DNA from: Kondoa subrosea
Taxonomy: Eukaryota
DNA: 64,000 bases
Direction of reading: 5' to 3'
Assembly: GCA_039545335.1 (NCBI GenBank)
Contig: BCIN01000003.1
Location: 186,001-250,000, forward strand
Positions 12,654-25,710 of this stretch are shown piece after piece. The notes under the pieces are model-generated. The model did not search any database and was not told where the DNA came from. It saw nothing but the letters and a program-made list of their open reading frames with translations. The translations under genes and the position numbers were made by a program. Numbering within the stretch: the stretch's first letter is position 1; every line of letters starts with the position of its first letter.

Positions 12654-13150
12654 CACTGTCTACTTCCCTCGTACGTCTCATTTGTTAGGGTTATATGTAT
12701 CCTCGCAGCTGATGTTTAACCTTGTGAACCAGTATCAGAGTGCCAGTATACTGCTGTAGCAATGGAAAGAGACTCTCTTTCATGTATACGTTGTACGTCT
12801 CTGCTGCTGCCGCGCTGTCCTTCTTTAAGTGGTTCTCGTCAGCAGGATATAGCACCGACAATGCAAAAACCATCTTCTTCCGTTGCAGCTTGACTCACCT
12901 CTAGACACAAAAACTCTTCTTGAGCATAGCGGACATATGCACACCTCCTTGTCACAGAAGGATTGGTAGATTTGAGTTTGCTAGATGAAGTATCGCTCAA
13001 GCTTATCTCCAAGATGCCACAAAGTTGACAGCTGACTTGACAGCCGGTCAAGTTTTGTAATTTGACACCTCTTTTGCCCGTCGTCGTGTTCGAAAATCGA
13101 GCTGTCCTCTGCACACGGTAATCTAGCCTACCTATACTGCTGAAGCTCAG

Positions 13151-15506
13151 ATGTCTCGACGAGCGGCACAGCAGTCTCTTGTGCGACGTGTCCTGCTGCT
13201 TACTCCCTTGCTGGCCCATGCCTTGCCTTTCAATGCATTAGCGAAGAAAGAGGAAGAGCCTGAAGTCAAGCGTATGCTGTCTTGCTGAATCGTAATCGTC
13301 GTGTCCTTATATGCTGACTGTCTGCAGCCAATTCTCCCGTGTACTGGGCGAAACTGGGAGTCTGCGTCGTGAGCTCATAGGCCGACTTATGCGCTTCCGC
13401 TCCGTTAGCTCAATTTGGCATTCATAGCTGCTGGTTCTACTTGGAGGCGTCTTTGCAGGTCTTACACTTGCTTTGATGGGAATGGATCAGTGCGTAAAGC
13501 GCAATAATGCAGATTGAACATGCTAATACCAAATTTAGAGTCAACTTGCAAGTGCTGCAAGCTTCTGGTACAGACAAAGAGAAGGCACAGAGTACGAAAG
13601 TCTTGAAACTACTGGAGAAAGGGCGACATTGGGTACTGTGAGCTATTCTTTGCTTATTGTCGAGACTTGATGTTAATGCTGTTCTAGTGTTGTACTGCTG
13701 ATGTCCAATGTCGTAGTTAATGAATCTCTACCTATCTTCCTGTATGTCTTTCGTTCAAATAAAATCTTCATCGAGAGCTGATTCTCAATTGAACAGCGAT
13801 TCAATTCTTGGTACTGGCTTTGCAGCTGTAGTGATATCAACCATCGCTATCATCATCTGTCAGTCTTTCTCACGTTCAATGGACATCCGACTGACTACTT
13901 ATTCAGTCGGTGAAATCATCCCTCAAAGCATCTGCGTCCGCTACGGTCTAGCAATTGGCGCCGCATCAGCTCCTATGGTCTTGGCTCTCATGTACCTTGA
14001 ATGGCCTATAGCTTACCCTGTTGCTAAATTGCTTGATCGAGTGCTCGGAGAAGATGAAGGAACAGTGTACAAGAAAGCGGAACTCAAGACTTTTGTTTCT
14101 CTGCATCAACGTGCGTTTTTCCATTCGCCTGTCATTTGACATGTACGAATCACGAGATGCACAGATCTTGGAGCGGAAAACTTGGATCACGATGAAGTGA
14201 CTATCATTTCTTCCGTTCTGGAATTATCAGAGAAATCAGTCGAAAGCATCATGACGCCCATCAAAGATGTCTACACTCTTTCGTCAGATCAGATTTTGGA
14301 TCAAGCTACTGTGGATAACATTTCGAAAGAAGGTTATTCACGAGTGCCGATTTATAGCAAAGAAAAAGATAACTTTATCGGGATGCTTTTGTGCGTCTTT
14401 CGTTCCTTGCAAGGTACTGGCACTGACTTATTGCTGTATACAGGATAAAGAAGGTCAGCAGAGCGTTGGTGTAGCGGCTCCGTCCGAGGCTGACACGGAC
14501 TGCATGTGCTGACAGCTCATCTCTTACGATCCGGAAGATGCTAAACCAGTCAGCGACTTTCAGTTGTCCGTCTTACCCGAATGCGACACGTCCATGACTT
14601 GCTTGCAAGCTCTCAACTTCTTTCAAGAAGGTCGTTCTCACATCTTACTTGTTTCAACTGATCCCGGAGAAGCGAAAGGAGCTGTTGGAGTTGTCACTCT
14701 AGAAGATGGTAATTCTGATCTTGAGTATGAATGTTCATCTGGCTTATTGATATCGCGCGGACAGTGCTCGAAGAAGTCATTGGCGAAGAAATTGTTAGTT
14801 TACTCCGTTCCCAACTCTTCCCCGTGAAAGCTGTCTGACGGGAATCCTGCAACAGATCGATGAGGTATATCAATTTATCGCAGATACAACTTGTTGGGAT
14901 ACTGACTGATATCACTTGACAGACCGATGTCTTTGTGGATGTAGAACGCAAACTTCGAGTAGTACGAAGACCGCAGATGGGTAACCGAGCCGGCACCAAA
15001 AGTATCACGCCGCTACTAAAAGGTGCACTACAGTGGCATTGCATCAGAATCGTCTGATTGGTGATGCTCGTGTTATGTACAGGCGTGATAGAGAGAAGGA
15101 AAGCGGCGACGCCAGCACCTGCTCCTTCACCTCCTGCTGCAGATTCGAAGAATTATGGAGCTCTCAATACTGGACAAGCGGATGTAACGACTAATAAGGT
15201 GAAACTCAAGGGTGGAGGAAGTGAGTCCCTACTTTGTCGATTGACAGTGTAAAAGGTATACTGATTCTCTATTGAATAGTCCCGCAAAAGAAATCTGCTT
15301 TGTTATTCGCTCCACCAACGCAAGAGGAAACTGGGAATGCAAACCAAAATGGAGTCGGAGAGGAAACAATGATTGTTGACATACCGCCTGATCAACTAGA
15401 AGGAGGAGAAGACGAGCCTTTGCTAAAAAAGGTGCACAAGGTGACCTCGATCTTCGCGTATGTGAAGAAATGTCTGAATTAAAAGATCGGCGCAGATGAA
15501 CAGTAA
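13151..15506 (+). CDS. CNNM/Mam3-like DUF21 + CBS-pair metal homeostasis membrane protein (many exons)
   Basis: [60 protein letters not shown] pair ([46 protein letters not shown]). Confidence 0.9.
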
Positions 15507-15944
15507 GAAGAAGACAACTTAATTACCAAGTGATCATCTGGTGAGGATGCAATGTGCTGTGTGATAGGTGAGCAGTCTTCCTCTTGCCTATCAGCCTAGC
15601 TAAATGACCACCGTATCAGACAATCTAATTTGCGAATCTGCGAATCGTCTCGCGATCGATCCGTTTAGCGGCTATATTCTTCAGTGCTGCATGCAGATAG
15701 CTATACCCATCGCATAGAAACCCTTGTACATCGAGGCCATCCGGCTGAATGCTTCACGCGCCGACTGGCACCGAGTAGCCGATTGCTTTAACTTGCGGCT
15801 CTCCTCCTTCCTCCAGCTTCAAGAGACTGTGAACCAGAGTACTGGATCACTGCCATCGCCTCACCTCCAACTTTCTTCAACAGACCATATTAACACCACT
15901 CGACACCTTCTTTCTTACCTTTCCACCACCAGCTATAAAACAAG

Positions 15945-18485
15945 ATGGCCATAACGCTATCGACGTCCGATATGCTGCTCCTAGCTGTAGTAGGCTTAGC
16001 AGCAGCCTATTATTTATACGCGAATGTATTCAGCACACCAAAGATGCCAGGCGCCGTTTCCTCGACAGCTAGCAAATCGGGTGCTGCATCTGAAGCGGAA
16101 GGAGGCGATACAGGTCGTGACTTCTTTGCTGCTCTACAGAAAGCGGTAAGCTTCCAATAAATTGCATGTGTTTGAGCCAATCGGATCTGAATCGTGCTTT
16201 GTTATCTTTCTTGCAGAAAAAGAAGGTGGTCATCTTTTATGGCTCTCAGACTGGTACAGCAGAAGACTATGCGCTTAGAATCGCAAAGGAAATCAAATCG
16301 CGCTATGGGCTATCGAGTTTAGTGTGCGATCCAGAAGAGTAGGTGGACATCCTACCATTCAAGGACTACAGCTAATCGTATACCTAGATACGACTTTGAA
16401 ACACTTGACAAGCTCACTAAAGATATGCTCGTTGTCTTCGCCGTGGCAACTTATGGTGAAGGTGAACCAACAGATAACGCCGTTCAGCTTATGGAATTCA
16501 TTCAAGGAGAAGATGTTACTTTCTCTTCTGGTGAAAGCGATCTTCCAAACTTGAACTATGTCATTTGGTCTTTGGGCAACAGAACTTACGAGCAATTCTG
16601 CGCCGTCGGTAGAAACATCGATAAAGCCTTAGCTGCCAAAGGTGCTACTCGCATCGGTGAACGTGGTGAAGGTGATGACGATAAGTCAATGGAGGAAGAT
16701 TACCTCGAATGGAAAGATCCTATGTTTGAAGCTTTGGCAAAACAAATGGGTTGGGAAGAAGGTGCTGGAGCTGATTCGGCTGACTTCGAGGTTCACGAAA
16801 AGGGCGACTCAACTGTTGAAGATGCCAAAGTCTTCATTGGTGAACTATCTCAACGCATGCTCAGTGGAACTCGTGGTGTTTACGATGCAAAGAACCCTTT
16901 CATTTCTCCCCTGAAGAGCTCTCGCGAATTGTTCGAATCTGGCGATCGCAATTGTATCCATGGAGAATTCGATATCACCGACTCTGGAATCCGCTATCAA
17001 GCTGGTGACCACGTTGGTATTTGGCCTGTCAACCCAGATAACGAAGTTGTTCGCTGGTTCAAGCTACTCGGTCTCGAAGGCAAAGAGAACACTGTCATAT
17101 CCATCACTTCCCTCGATCCTGCTTTGGCAAAAGTTCCCTTCCCGACTCCATGCACTTACGATGCCATTTTCCGCCACTACATCGATATTTCTGCTCATGC
17201 TTCTCGTCAAATGCTGGGTCCTTTCTCAGCTTATGCTCCTAGTCCAGAAGCCAGTCAAAGGTTACAGAAGCTAGCAAGCGACAAGAACTATTTCAACACG
17301 GAAGTCGCTGAGAAATGTCTGAAATTGGCTGAAGTACTCATGATGGTCGCCGGCGATGACTGGCACGCTGATCCTCACAAAGTCAACGTTTCGAGATGGA
17401 ACATTCCTTTCGATCGAATCGTTTCTGGTATTCCAAGATTACAGCCTAGATATTACTGTGAGTTTATCGTTGTTGGTGACTAAAGCTGTACTGATGCAAG
17501 ACAATACAGCTATCTCTTCTTCACCTAAGCTCAATCCTTCGTCGATACATATCACGGCGGTAGTCTTAAAATATCAACCTGAAACATCCGATACTTCTAC
17601 TTTGAACAGCAAGCACGTCTACGGTGTTGGAACCAACTATCTTCTGAACTTGAAGCGAGCAGCAAATGATGAAGGTCTAGACGTCCGACATGAAGGTGCT
17701 CCAGTGTACAAGATCGAAGGACCACGAGGAAGATTCAAGAAGGATGGCGTACTTTGCGCTCCTATTCATGTCAGAAGATCAAACTTCAGATTACCTACTT
17801 CCCCAAAGATTCCTATCATCATGATTGGACCTGGAACGGTCAGTTCCGCCGAGACATCGATTGAGGATTTGGCTCATCATGTCGTTGTCGGATTGACAGG
17901 GCGTTGCACCTTTCCGTGGCTTCATTCAAGAAAGAGTAGCTCTAGCGCGCAAAGCGAAAGAAAAGGATGGACCAGATGCTCTCAAAGATTGGGGCACCAT
18001 TTCATTATTCTACGGTTGCAGAAGAGCTGAATGGGATTTCCTATACAAGAAAGAATGGGAGGCTTATCAAGAAGAACTAGGAGATTGCTTCAAGCTCTTT
18101 GTTGCTTTCTCGAGAGAACCAAATCAACCGAAGCAGTACGTTCAGCATATGATCAAGGAGCAGGAAGCGCTCGTTGCGGATAGCATGGTAGCTAAGAAGG
18201 GATATGTATGTGCTTTTTGTCGTTCAGTCCGCTTGTGATTTTAATGGCTCAACTCAACAGGTCTATATTTGCGGTGATGCAAAGAACATGGCACACGATG
18301 TCGAGGAATTATTGAAAGAGATCCTAGGCAGAGCGAAGAACGGCACAAAGGTTAGCACGCCTCGATGATCAGTTCAAGTTGCTTTTGCTGATGTCCTGCT
18401 CTTCGCTATGCAGGAAAAAGAAGGAGCCGCTGAATGGAAAATGATGAAGGAGCGCAATCGCATTCTGATGGACGTGTGGTCCTGA
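15945..18485 (+). CDS. NCP1: NADPH-cytochrome P450 reductase
   Basis: N-terminal TM anchor; FMN motifs FYGSQTGTAEDYA and ATYGEGEPTDNA; FAD motif RLQPRYYSISSS; MIGPGTGVAPFRGF; C-terminal DVWS*. Confidence 0.96.
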
Positions 18486-18831
18486 TTTTATCACGATTTA
18501 GCTTCGGGCGATATGTTACAGGTAAGCAATATTCCGGCCAGCTCCCACAATCCTGACGTCGATGGCAGCAGGAAGGAATTAGTTGCATTGTTGTACTGTA
18601 CCGTCAGCCTTTGCATTGCATTCGATACTATACGATACTATACTCACTTCGTTACACATGCCGTTCCGTCTTGACTTCAATAACTTGCCAGACTTAGCTA
18701 TATCGACCTGTATGCCGTGGAAGTTATTTTTGTTCATGTCTTTCGTCACAAGAGCTCTGTTCAATGCCAATGCGCTGATAAGGTTGACGAAAGATGCATT
18801 TTGGCCCAATGCTACGAATAAGCCTTGCTTG

Positions 18832-21800
18832 CTAAAGCCCTGCCAGATTCTTCAGTCTGCCCAATTCGCCCGAATGACGCGCAAGAGCGTAGAAGGCCGA
18901 AGTCTCGTCCTTCAGAAGATTGACCGGTGTATCAAATTCCTGTAGTCGGCCTTCATGTAACACAAAAATGCGATCGAAGTCCGCGATTGTGGTCAAACGA
19001 TCTGTCCGCACGCCAAAATTAGGTAAGACCTCCTTGAAAAAGAGCGCATTCACGGGCAATGCATAAGATCGCAGCGTCTCTCATCTCTTCTCTGATAACC
19101 TTCTGAATGATCACATCGCTTTCGGCATCCAATGAAGCAGTCGACTCGTCCAGGATCAGGAATGGACAACGCTCGAGGCGAAGAAGGGCTCTAGCCAAAG
19201 CGACAAGTTGTTTCTCTATAGAAGTAGCTCAATCATGGATCTGCATCGAAAAAGTAGCATTCATACGACCAGCTGAAAGGTTGCTGCCATCCTCTTCCAC
19301 TCTATCATCCAGCGATGTGATGCGATTTGTTGTTTCAACGCCGGAAGTATCGTTCGCACTCAGTCCTACAGCTTTGAGAGCTCTCCAGATCGCTTGCTCA
19401 TCATACATATTTTCTGGATCGATGTTGATACGAATGCTGCCTGCAAAGAGAACAGCATCTTGGCTAACGATAGATAGAGACCTCCGCAAGGACTGAAGAT
19501 TGAGTCGAGAGATATCTTGGCCGTCGATGGTAATTGTACCCTGCTCAGCTTCAAGAAAGCGGAAGAATGCCAAAGCTAAGGTTGACTTGCCAGCGCCCTG
19601 TCACAGAATTCAATATTTATCACTGACATTAATGAGCAGCTTACGGTCCGTCCGACTACAGCAACGCGTTCTCGTGGCTTAATGTCAAAAGAAACATCTT
19701 TCAAAACTTGAGGCAAATGAGCAGCATAGCGAAGAGTCAGATTCTTGACAGTTATGATGCTATCTTTTGAAGGCCACGAAGCTGGAGGTATGAATTGGCC
19801 GGAAGTTTCTTGCTTGAAGTTTTCAGAATAGTCGCAAATTCGATCGATACTGTTCATCTGAAGCTGTACGGAGGAAACGTGCTATATAGAGGCAGCACAT
19901 GAAGCGCTATATACATTGTAGGTTGAAGTTGACAAACCTGTGTGCACCAGTAGACTCGGATCTGTAGATGTCCTCAGTCACCAAATACTCGGAACATAGA
20001 ATCTCACTCACGAAGAGTTCCAGACTCAATACCAGTATGAAGCCTCCCATATCAACTGACGTGTACTGTACTGCAAAGTCATCTGACTAGACTTCGCCCG
20101 CTTCCAGAGTGTAACTCACTTAGATAAAGGCAAAGTGAAGTGGATGCAAAAGCCGACAGCCAACTAACTTTGACCTGGAACCATTGGTCTGCGATGTAAG
20201 AGGTATACGATAGCCGGATATGTGATTCTAATAATGCTTGAAATCTTAGTAAACTGTAATCGAATGTTCCTGCCGCAAGACTGGTATCAGGTATATCAAT
20301 CACATGAGTCACATTACCTACCGAATGCCCTGACAACTGCTGAGCCCTTTGAAACTTCTACAAGCAAGGACGAAACCGGCGAGGAGGAAGCGGATTCCAA
20401 AGCTCGAAGCTTTATGCCTACATTGCGGAAGGGAAAGGCAACACATTTAATTGCCAAGATATAGACTGTTGCAAAGACGATATATATCGGATAGAAATAG
20501 CAGATAACGACGAGGACGGATGAGGCGTAAAAGAGATCAACGGCAGCGTACGACCAGGCCCTGTGAGTATGGCGACAGACTTCAGCGAACAGGCGATCGC
20601 TCTCAAGCAGCATCATCTCACGCTGGCAAAGCATCGTCAACAGCCCAAATATCAGCACTGAATCGCGACAACCCTAAAATATGCAGTCAGTAAGTGTTCG
20701 ATCGTGATACTCCTTGGAATGGAAGACGCACACCGACCAACGGGAGTACTGTCGAAGACTCTGGTCTCGCTTGACAGCATTCTATTGGTAAGCCGATTGT
20801 ACACAGTCCTGCTTGCAGCTAATGCTCGCCAGACAATATAAAGCATGCGCAATAATTCGAACACCAGAGTCAGGCCGACCAGCATAAGATACAGACCCAG
20901 AAGCCGCAAAGCATTTGTCTGATTCGTAGATTGACTAGACCACCTGTAAGAATCGATTTAGTTCCGTCAATTTGGTCAGCCCAAGTTTTCGAACCATTTC
21001 AAAAACCAAGTCGACATTATCGCGAAGGTCTGCGCCAATACAAGGATACCGATTGCGCCTAAAAATGATGGCCAGCCGCCCTAGCCGGCCAGTTAGCTTC
21101 GAATACGCAACAACGCTTCATCGAAACATACAATGGCAGAGAAATAATCTGTCATAAACAAGGAATTTAGACATATCGGGAACCGAAGAAAAGGTCGAGC
21201 TTACTCAAGCATGCTTTCCATACGTTGACACTCTTATTGTTGACCTCGGCTTCTTCAAGAGGGTCGCTCTCCTTCTCTTTGGTATCTGGCAAAGAGCGAT
21301 CTTGGTCTTTGGTGGTATTGGATTCGAAAACAACAGCGGAAGCCGTGCTCAAGACTTCCTGAGGTTTGCCGGCTTTGATCACTTTACCGCCATCGAGCAG
21401 AACCACTTTCTGTGCCGAGTGAGCAACCCATTCTGCATGCGTCACCAGCACGATTGTACAGTCTTGAATTATCTTGTTATTTGACAAAACTCGATCAAAG
21501 AGTTTGCGTTGGGTATCTGCATCAACAGCAGCGAGGATATCGTCCAGTAGTAATATTGAAGGTTTGGCATAGATTGCACGCGCTAGGGCCAGCCGAGCCT
21601 AGAACCTTTGTTAGCGGTCGATTGCATCATGTTGCAGTGATTACCTTCTGACCGCTACACCAAAATCAGCTTCAAATCAATACTTAAGCCTAAAACAAAC
21701 CTACCCGGACAGTACTTGGCCTCGCTCACCGACAAGCGTCTGATCTCCATATTTCTAGGTAGAGTCTCAGAGATGCAACACGGTCTGTTAGTAAGCGCGC

Positions 21801-24400
21801 ACGAATTGAGCAAGATCATCGTTCAAGCAGCAAGCTGTCAACACCTCTTGATATCGTTCACTATCATATAGCTGACCAAACAAAACGTTGTCTTTCACTG
21901 TGCTAGAGAAGATGAAAGCGGACTGGGCACAGTAGGCGACTCTAGGTTGAGCTTGATCTTCCAGTTCGATTGTTATTGGAGCGGGTGCCTGTAGCTTCCC
22001 AGAGACTATTATAACATCTTTGAGTTCTCTTCGTCCTTGCGTAAGACCGAAACTCACGGAATTTGGTCTCGCCAAGTAAGCTATTGATGAAACAAGTCTT
22101 TCCAGAACCAACAGGACCGATTATAACCTAATGAAGAAGTATCGATGAGAATCGGCAGCTTATAAATGCTGTGACTTGCCGTTAAGCCTTTGGGAAATGA
22201 GATATTGAGATCTTTGAGTTGAAATGTGGCAGCTGAATCCCAAGATGTAGTTACGTTTGTAAGCTGCAGACCATATGGATCGGTTGGTGAATACTCTGAC
22301 TGTTCGTACTTCTTTGTGTCAGGTTCTCATAGAAAGCTGTCAATGCGCCTGAACCCAGCAAGAGCAAAAAGGTAGACCTGTCAATTTGTGTCAGAGAGCC
22401 ACCGCTGTACAACGGAAAGCACTCACATTGAAATTGATCGTAAGCCAATTGAATGGATCAGTCAAGATCTTGCAGTATACCAGGACGGAGAAGATGACAT
22501 CGGCTCTCCCTGAATGGCCCAGCAAGATGTAAGTTGCGATGGTAGCTGCTGATGTCAAGCCGACGCATGCCCAACCCAGACAGGCTATGAATGCGAAAAC
22601 GACTTGCCGCTTTCGAGTTACTGCAAGTTCCGCTGTTCGCAAATCATTGAGCTTCTTCTCAAACATTGACTCGTATGCCGAGAATTTGATGAAGCGAATA
22701 TGTTTGATGACTTCCTGTGTTCACTAGTCAGCATTCAATCTGATAATTCGTAAAAGAGTGTTTTACATTCGTCAGAGTCATTCTGGCATCGATGATCTTT
22801 CTCACTTGATGATATTGCTTGAATATAACTGATGATAGAAAGAAATTCGTCGCTGTAACAAGCACCATCATAGCTACACCACCCCACAGCGCGTGGCCAA
22901 CTAGACGATAGAGAGCGACCATTGTCAGTACGATGGTTATCGGACTGCACATACAATCAGATTAGTACCTTCGCGAAATAGAGCAATCTTATTTACCTCT
23001 CGACCACAACAGCTGTAAAGTTGATGACCTGCGTAGCAATATATTGTGTATCGATAGTGAAAAGGGACTGAATTCTTCCTTGATCAGCTGAACCTTCTTT
23101 ATTCGTTTCTTCATCTGCTTTGTCTACTTGATTCGAATGACGCAAGATCTTGCTAAAGATTTCGAAAGCCAGAATCGCTTTCATTCGCATTGCGATCTTG
23201 AAAACTTTCTTCTTTCGAAACGTCTGTAACAATGTCGCTATTGCTCGAGCTGCACCAAAAGCTAAAACAGCAAGAAGACCATTTCTAAACGATGCACCGC
23301 CAGCTTGATCCTTTTCCGCCATATAACGTAAAATCATTTGTAACGTTACACCTTGCGATATACTTGACAAAGAAGCAAGGATACTGAAGATTGACTGAAA
23401 CAGCAGGTCTACTTCGAAATGTAGAGCAAATTTCCATAATGTTGAAGCTTCTTTAATCCCAACTTGATCTCTGTAGGCTTTTGATGCATGACCACGTTTG
23501 ATTTCGATAGGTATATCAGCTATATCATCTTTATCCAAAGTTATGCGCATGTACTTGAACATCCAACCATCCAAAGACAGGTTCAACCAGGAAACCAAGA
23601 TAGAAGCATATCGACCTCTCATTGGTTTCAGACGGTTTTCTTCGTTGGCTACTACTGTTTCTGAACTTGCTATAGATGCGTTTTCAGCTTCGAATCGTTC
23701 GGCTGTTGATGGACCGCGCTTGACGAGATTAAGAGTAGCTTCTGACGGTAAAGCAGGGATGAGGGATTGCAAGAAGAAGACGAGGGCAGAGATAAGAGCT
23801 TCTACTTGCACTGAACGAGAAAATGATGTTGTAGACTGATAGATATCGAAGCATAGCCAAGCGAGAGCAATAACTTGAAGCAGAACACAGTGATATTGCA
23901 AGATGAAATGAAATGTCGGCTTGCGATACATTGCCGAGAAGACTTTGAGAGTCAATAGACTAGATATATAGAGCTATACCAACCTTCATTACTCATAGCT
24001 TGAGAAGCTATGCTCGAAAAAAACGAACCTGAAACACTATTTTCACCCAGATGTACCCAGTCAATGGTCTGCCATTCCATCCAACCCAACCAATAAGAAT
24101 ATTCGAGAGTAAAAGAGAGATCAAATCAAAGACCAAAGCTATTCTTCTTAGCATGACCAATCTCTCAGCATCACCAGCTACTTCTGCTTCCCTTTCCAAT
24201 TGCTGCCTATGTTCTAGAACTTTTCTTTCCGCTCTGGCTAAAGGAGAAGTGTCTTCTTCTGCTCCAATAGGTAGATACATAGCTTGAACACGTCTGCTGA
24301 TTTTCACATAAACAACTTGAGCGAGGAATATGATGAATGATAGCCCAGCGAGAGAGATGGGTATCATTCTTTCGAGCAGGTCTGTATCCATATTGACCAT
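18832..24400 (-). CDS. ABCC/MRP-family full-size ABC transporter (spliced)
   Basis: TMD-NBD-TMD-NBD; Walker A GPVGSGKT (~22100) and VGRT/GAGKST (~19600); signature LSGGQKARLALARA split over a 10-nt micro-exon; ILLLDDILAAVD; LILDESTASLD. Confidence 0.92.
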
Positions 24401-24716
24401 GGTAGAGGATTGAGAGCAGAAGAATGACAGTAGAATCAAGACATTCCTTCTGAATCATTGGAAGATCTCAGAAGATGTAGCCGGACAGTGACGGTGTAAC
24501 GAGGTGTCAGCAGTGCAGGGCAATAGAAATACACCATTAGCTGTGAGCTATATGATCGTCGGAGTCGGAAGAGAGTCATCCGCGTTGAAGAAAATGTAGG
24601 GAAATACAATGTCCAAAAATGCTCTAAACTATAGCCTATACTGCTCTGTAAAATAGCCTAATATCCAGTCTCTATCATCATAGTGACCCAATAATTTTCT
24701 ACCATTATTGTCCTCG

Positions 24717-25710
24717 CTAAACCTGCTCAATTGACCCGGATTGATCTAATCACAGACAGCATCAGTATATGTGAATCGACGAGGATCTTGAAAGGAGGGA
24801 GACATACATTCTGATTCTACACCTGGCTCGAGCAATGCGGCATGACCAAGTACGAAAACTGAAGAAGCGCCGACGATGAAGAAAAGGGTTGATAATCTGT
24901 GAGACGGTATGAAGCATTGAGCCCAAATAAAACTGGCGCAAGATCCAATCTCTACTCACGGTGCAGCGAACCAAAGTAAAGGAACTCCGATAACGAATAA
25001 ACCGGTATAGAGTGATTTTTGAGTGACGCTATATCTCATCATACATCAGCTCACAGCAACATAGATAGCATCAGATAAGCAAAAACATACACATGCTCTC
25101 CTACTTGGGTTGGTTCTGGTGCAAAGCGGTTGATAGCGGCGAAACCGCCGACGAGGAAGAAGATGGCGATAAGGAGGAGAGGGTTGGTGAGAAGAGCATA
25201 GACGCTGACTGCCGCGATGACCACGCTGAAATCATGCTGATTGTGAGTGTACGAAAAAAGTGGATGTCTGATAGAGATTCACCTATAGTTTCCGCTAAAG
25301 TGCCGTGTCTGTGCATTTGCTTCTGAGTCCTTATCACATTGTGATGAGGCTCATTGACACGCACGTTATGGCTGATCCTAGCAGTAGCTTCGTTCAAGTC
25401 TGCAGGTCTTGATATCCGTTGATGGTCGAAACTAGCCAACGAATGAGCTCTATCCCACATCACATCAGCGAGAGCTTACAATTCTGGTATCGGCTGTTTA
25501 ACCAGTATCAGGCTTGGTCATCCCATCCCAACAATGTTTCAAAGGGAAAAACATACTCTTAGATTCGACAGTCTTTGCTCCTGGAAGTCCTTAGACAGTT
25601 TAGTCAAATGCTGCTTTCCGTAAAACGCGTTGTCACGAGGGTGAGCTCACTCTGAAGGTTTGTAGAGAGCCTGGGATGTTTGACATTAAAGCTTGAGCAG
25701 CGGCTGCCAT
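24717..25710 (-). CDS. YIP3: PRA1/Yip3 prenylated Rab acceptor family protein
   Basis: Spliced translation: ...[116 protein letters not shown]. Confidence 0.92.

Noticed and set aside
144..15671. CCGCTAAACGG at 144-154 and its reverse complement at 15661-15671
   Set aside because: An 11-bp match is expected many times by chance in 64 kb and does not extend.
25093..25326. Plus-strand 77-aa ORF sharing [14 protein letters not shown] with ORF 26197-26646
   Set aside because: It is the antisense shadow of a PRA1 exon; the shared peptide only reflects the 42-bp DNA copy.
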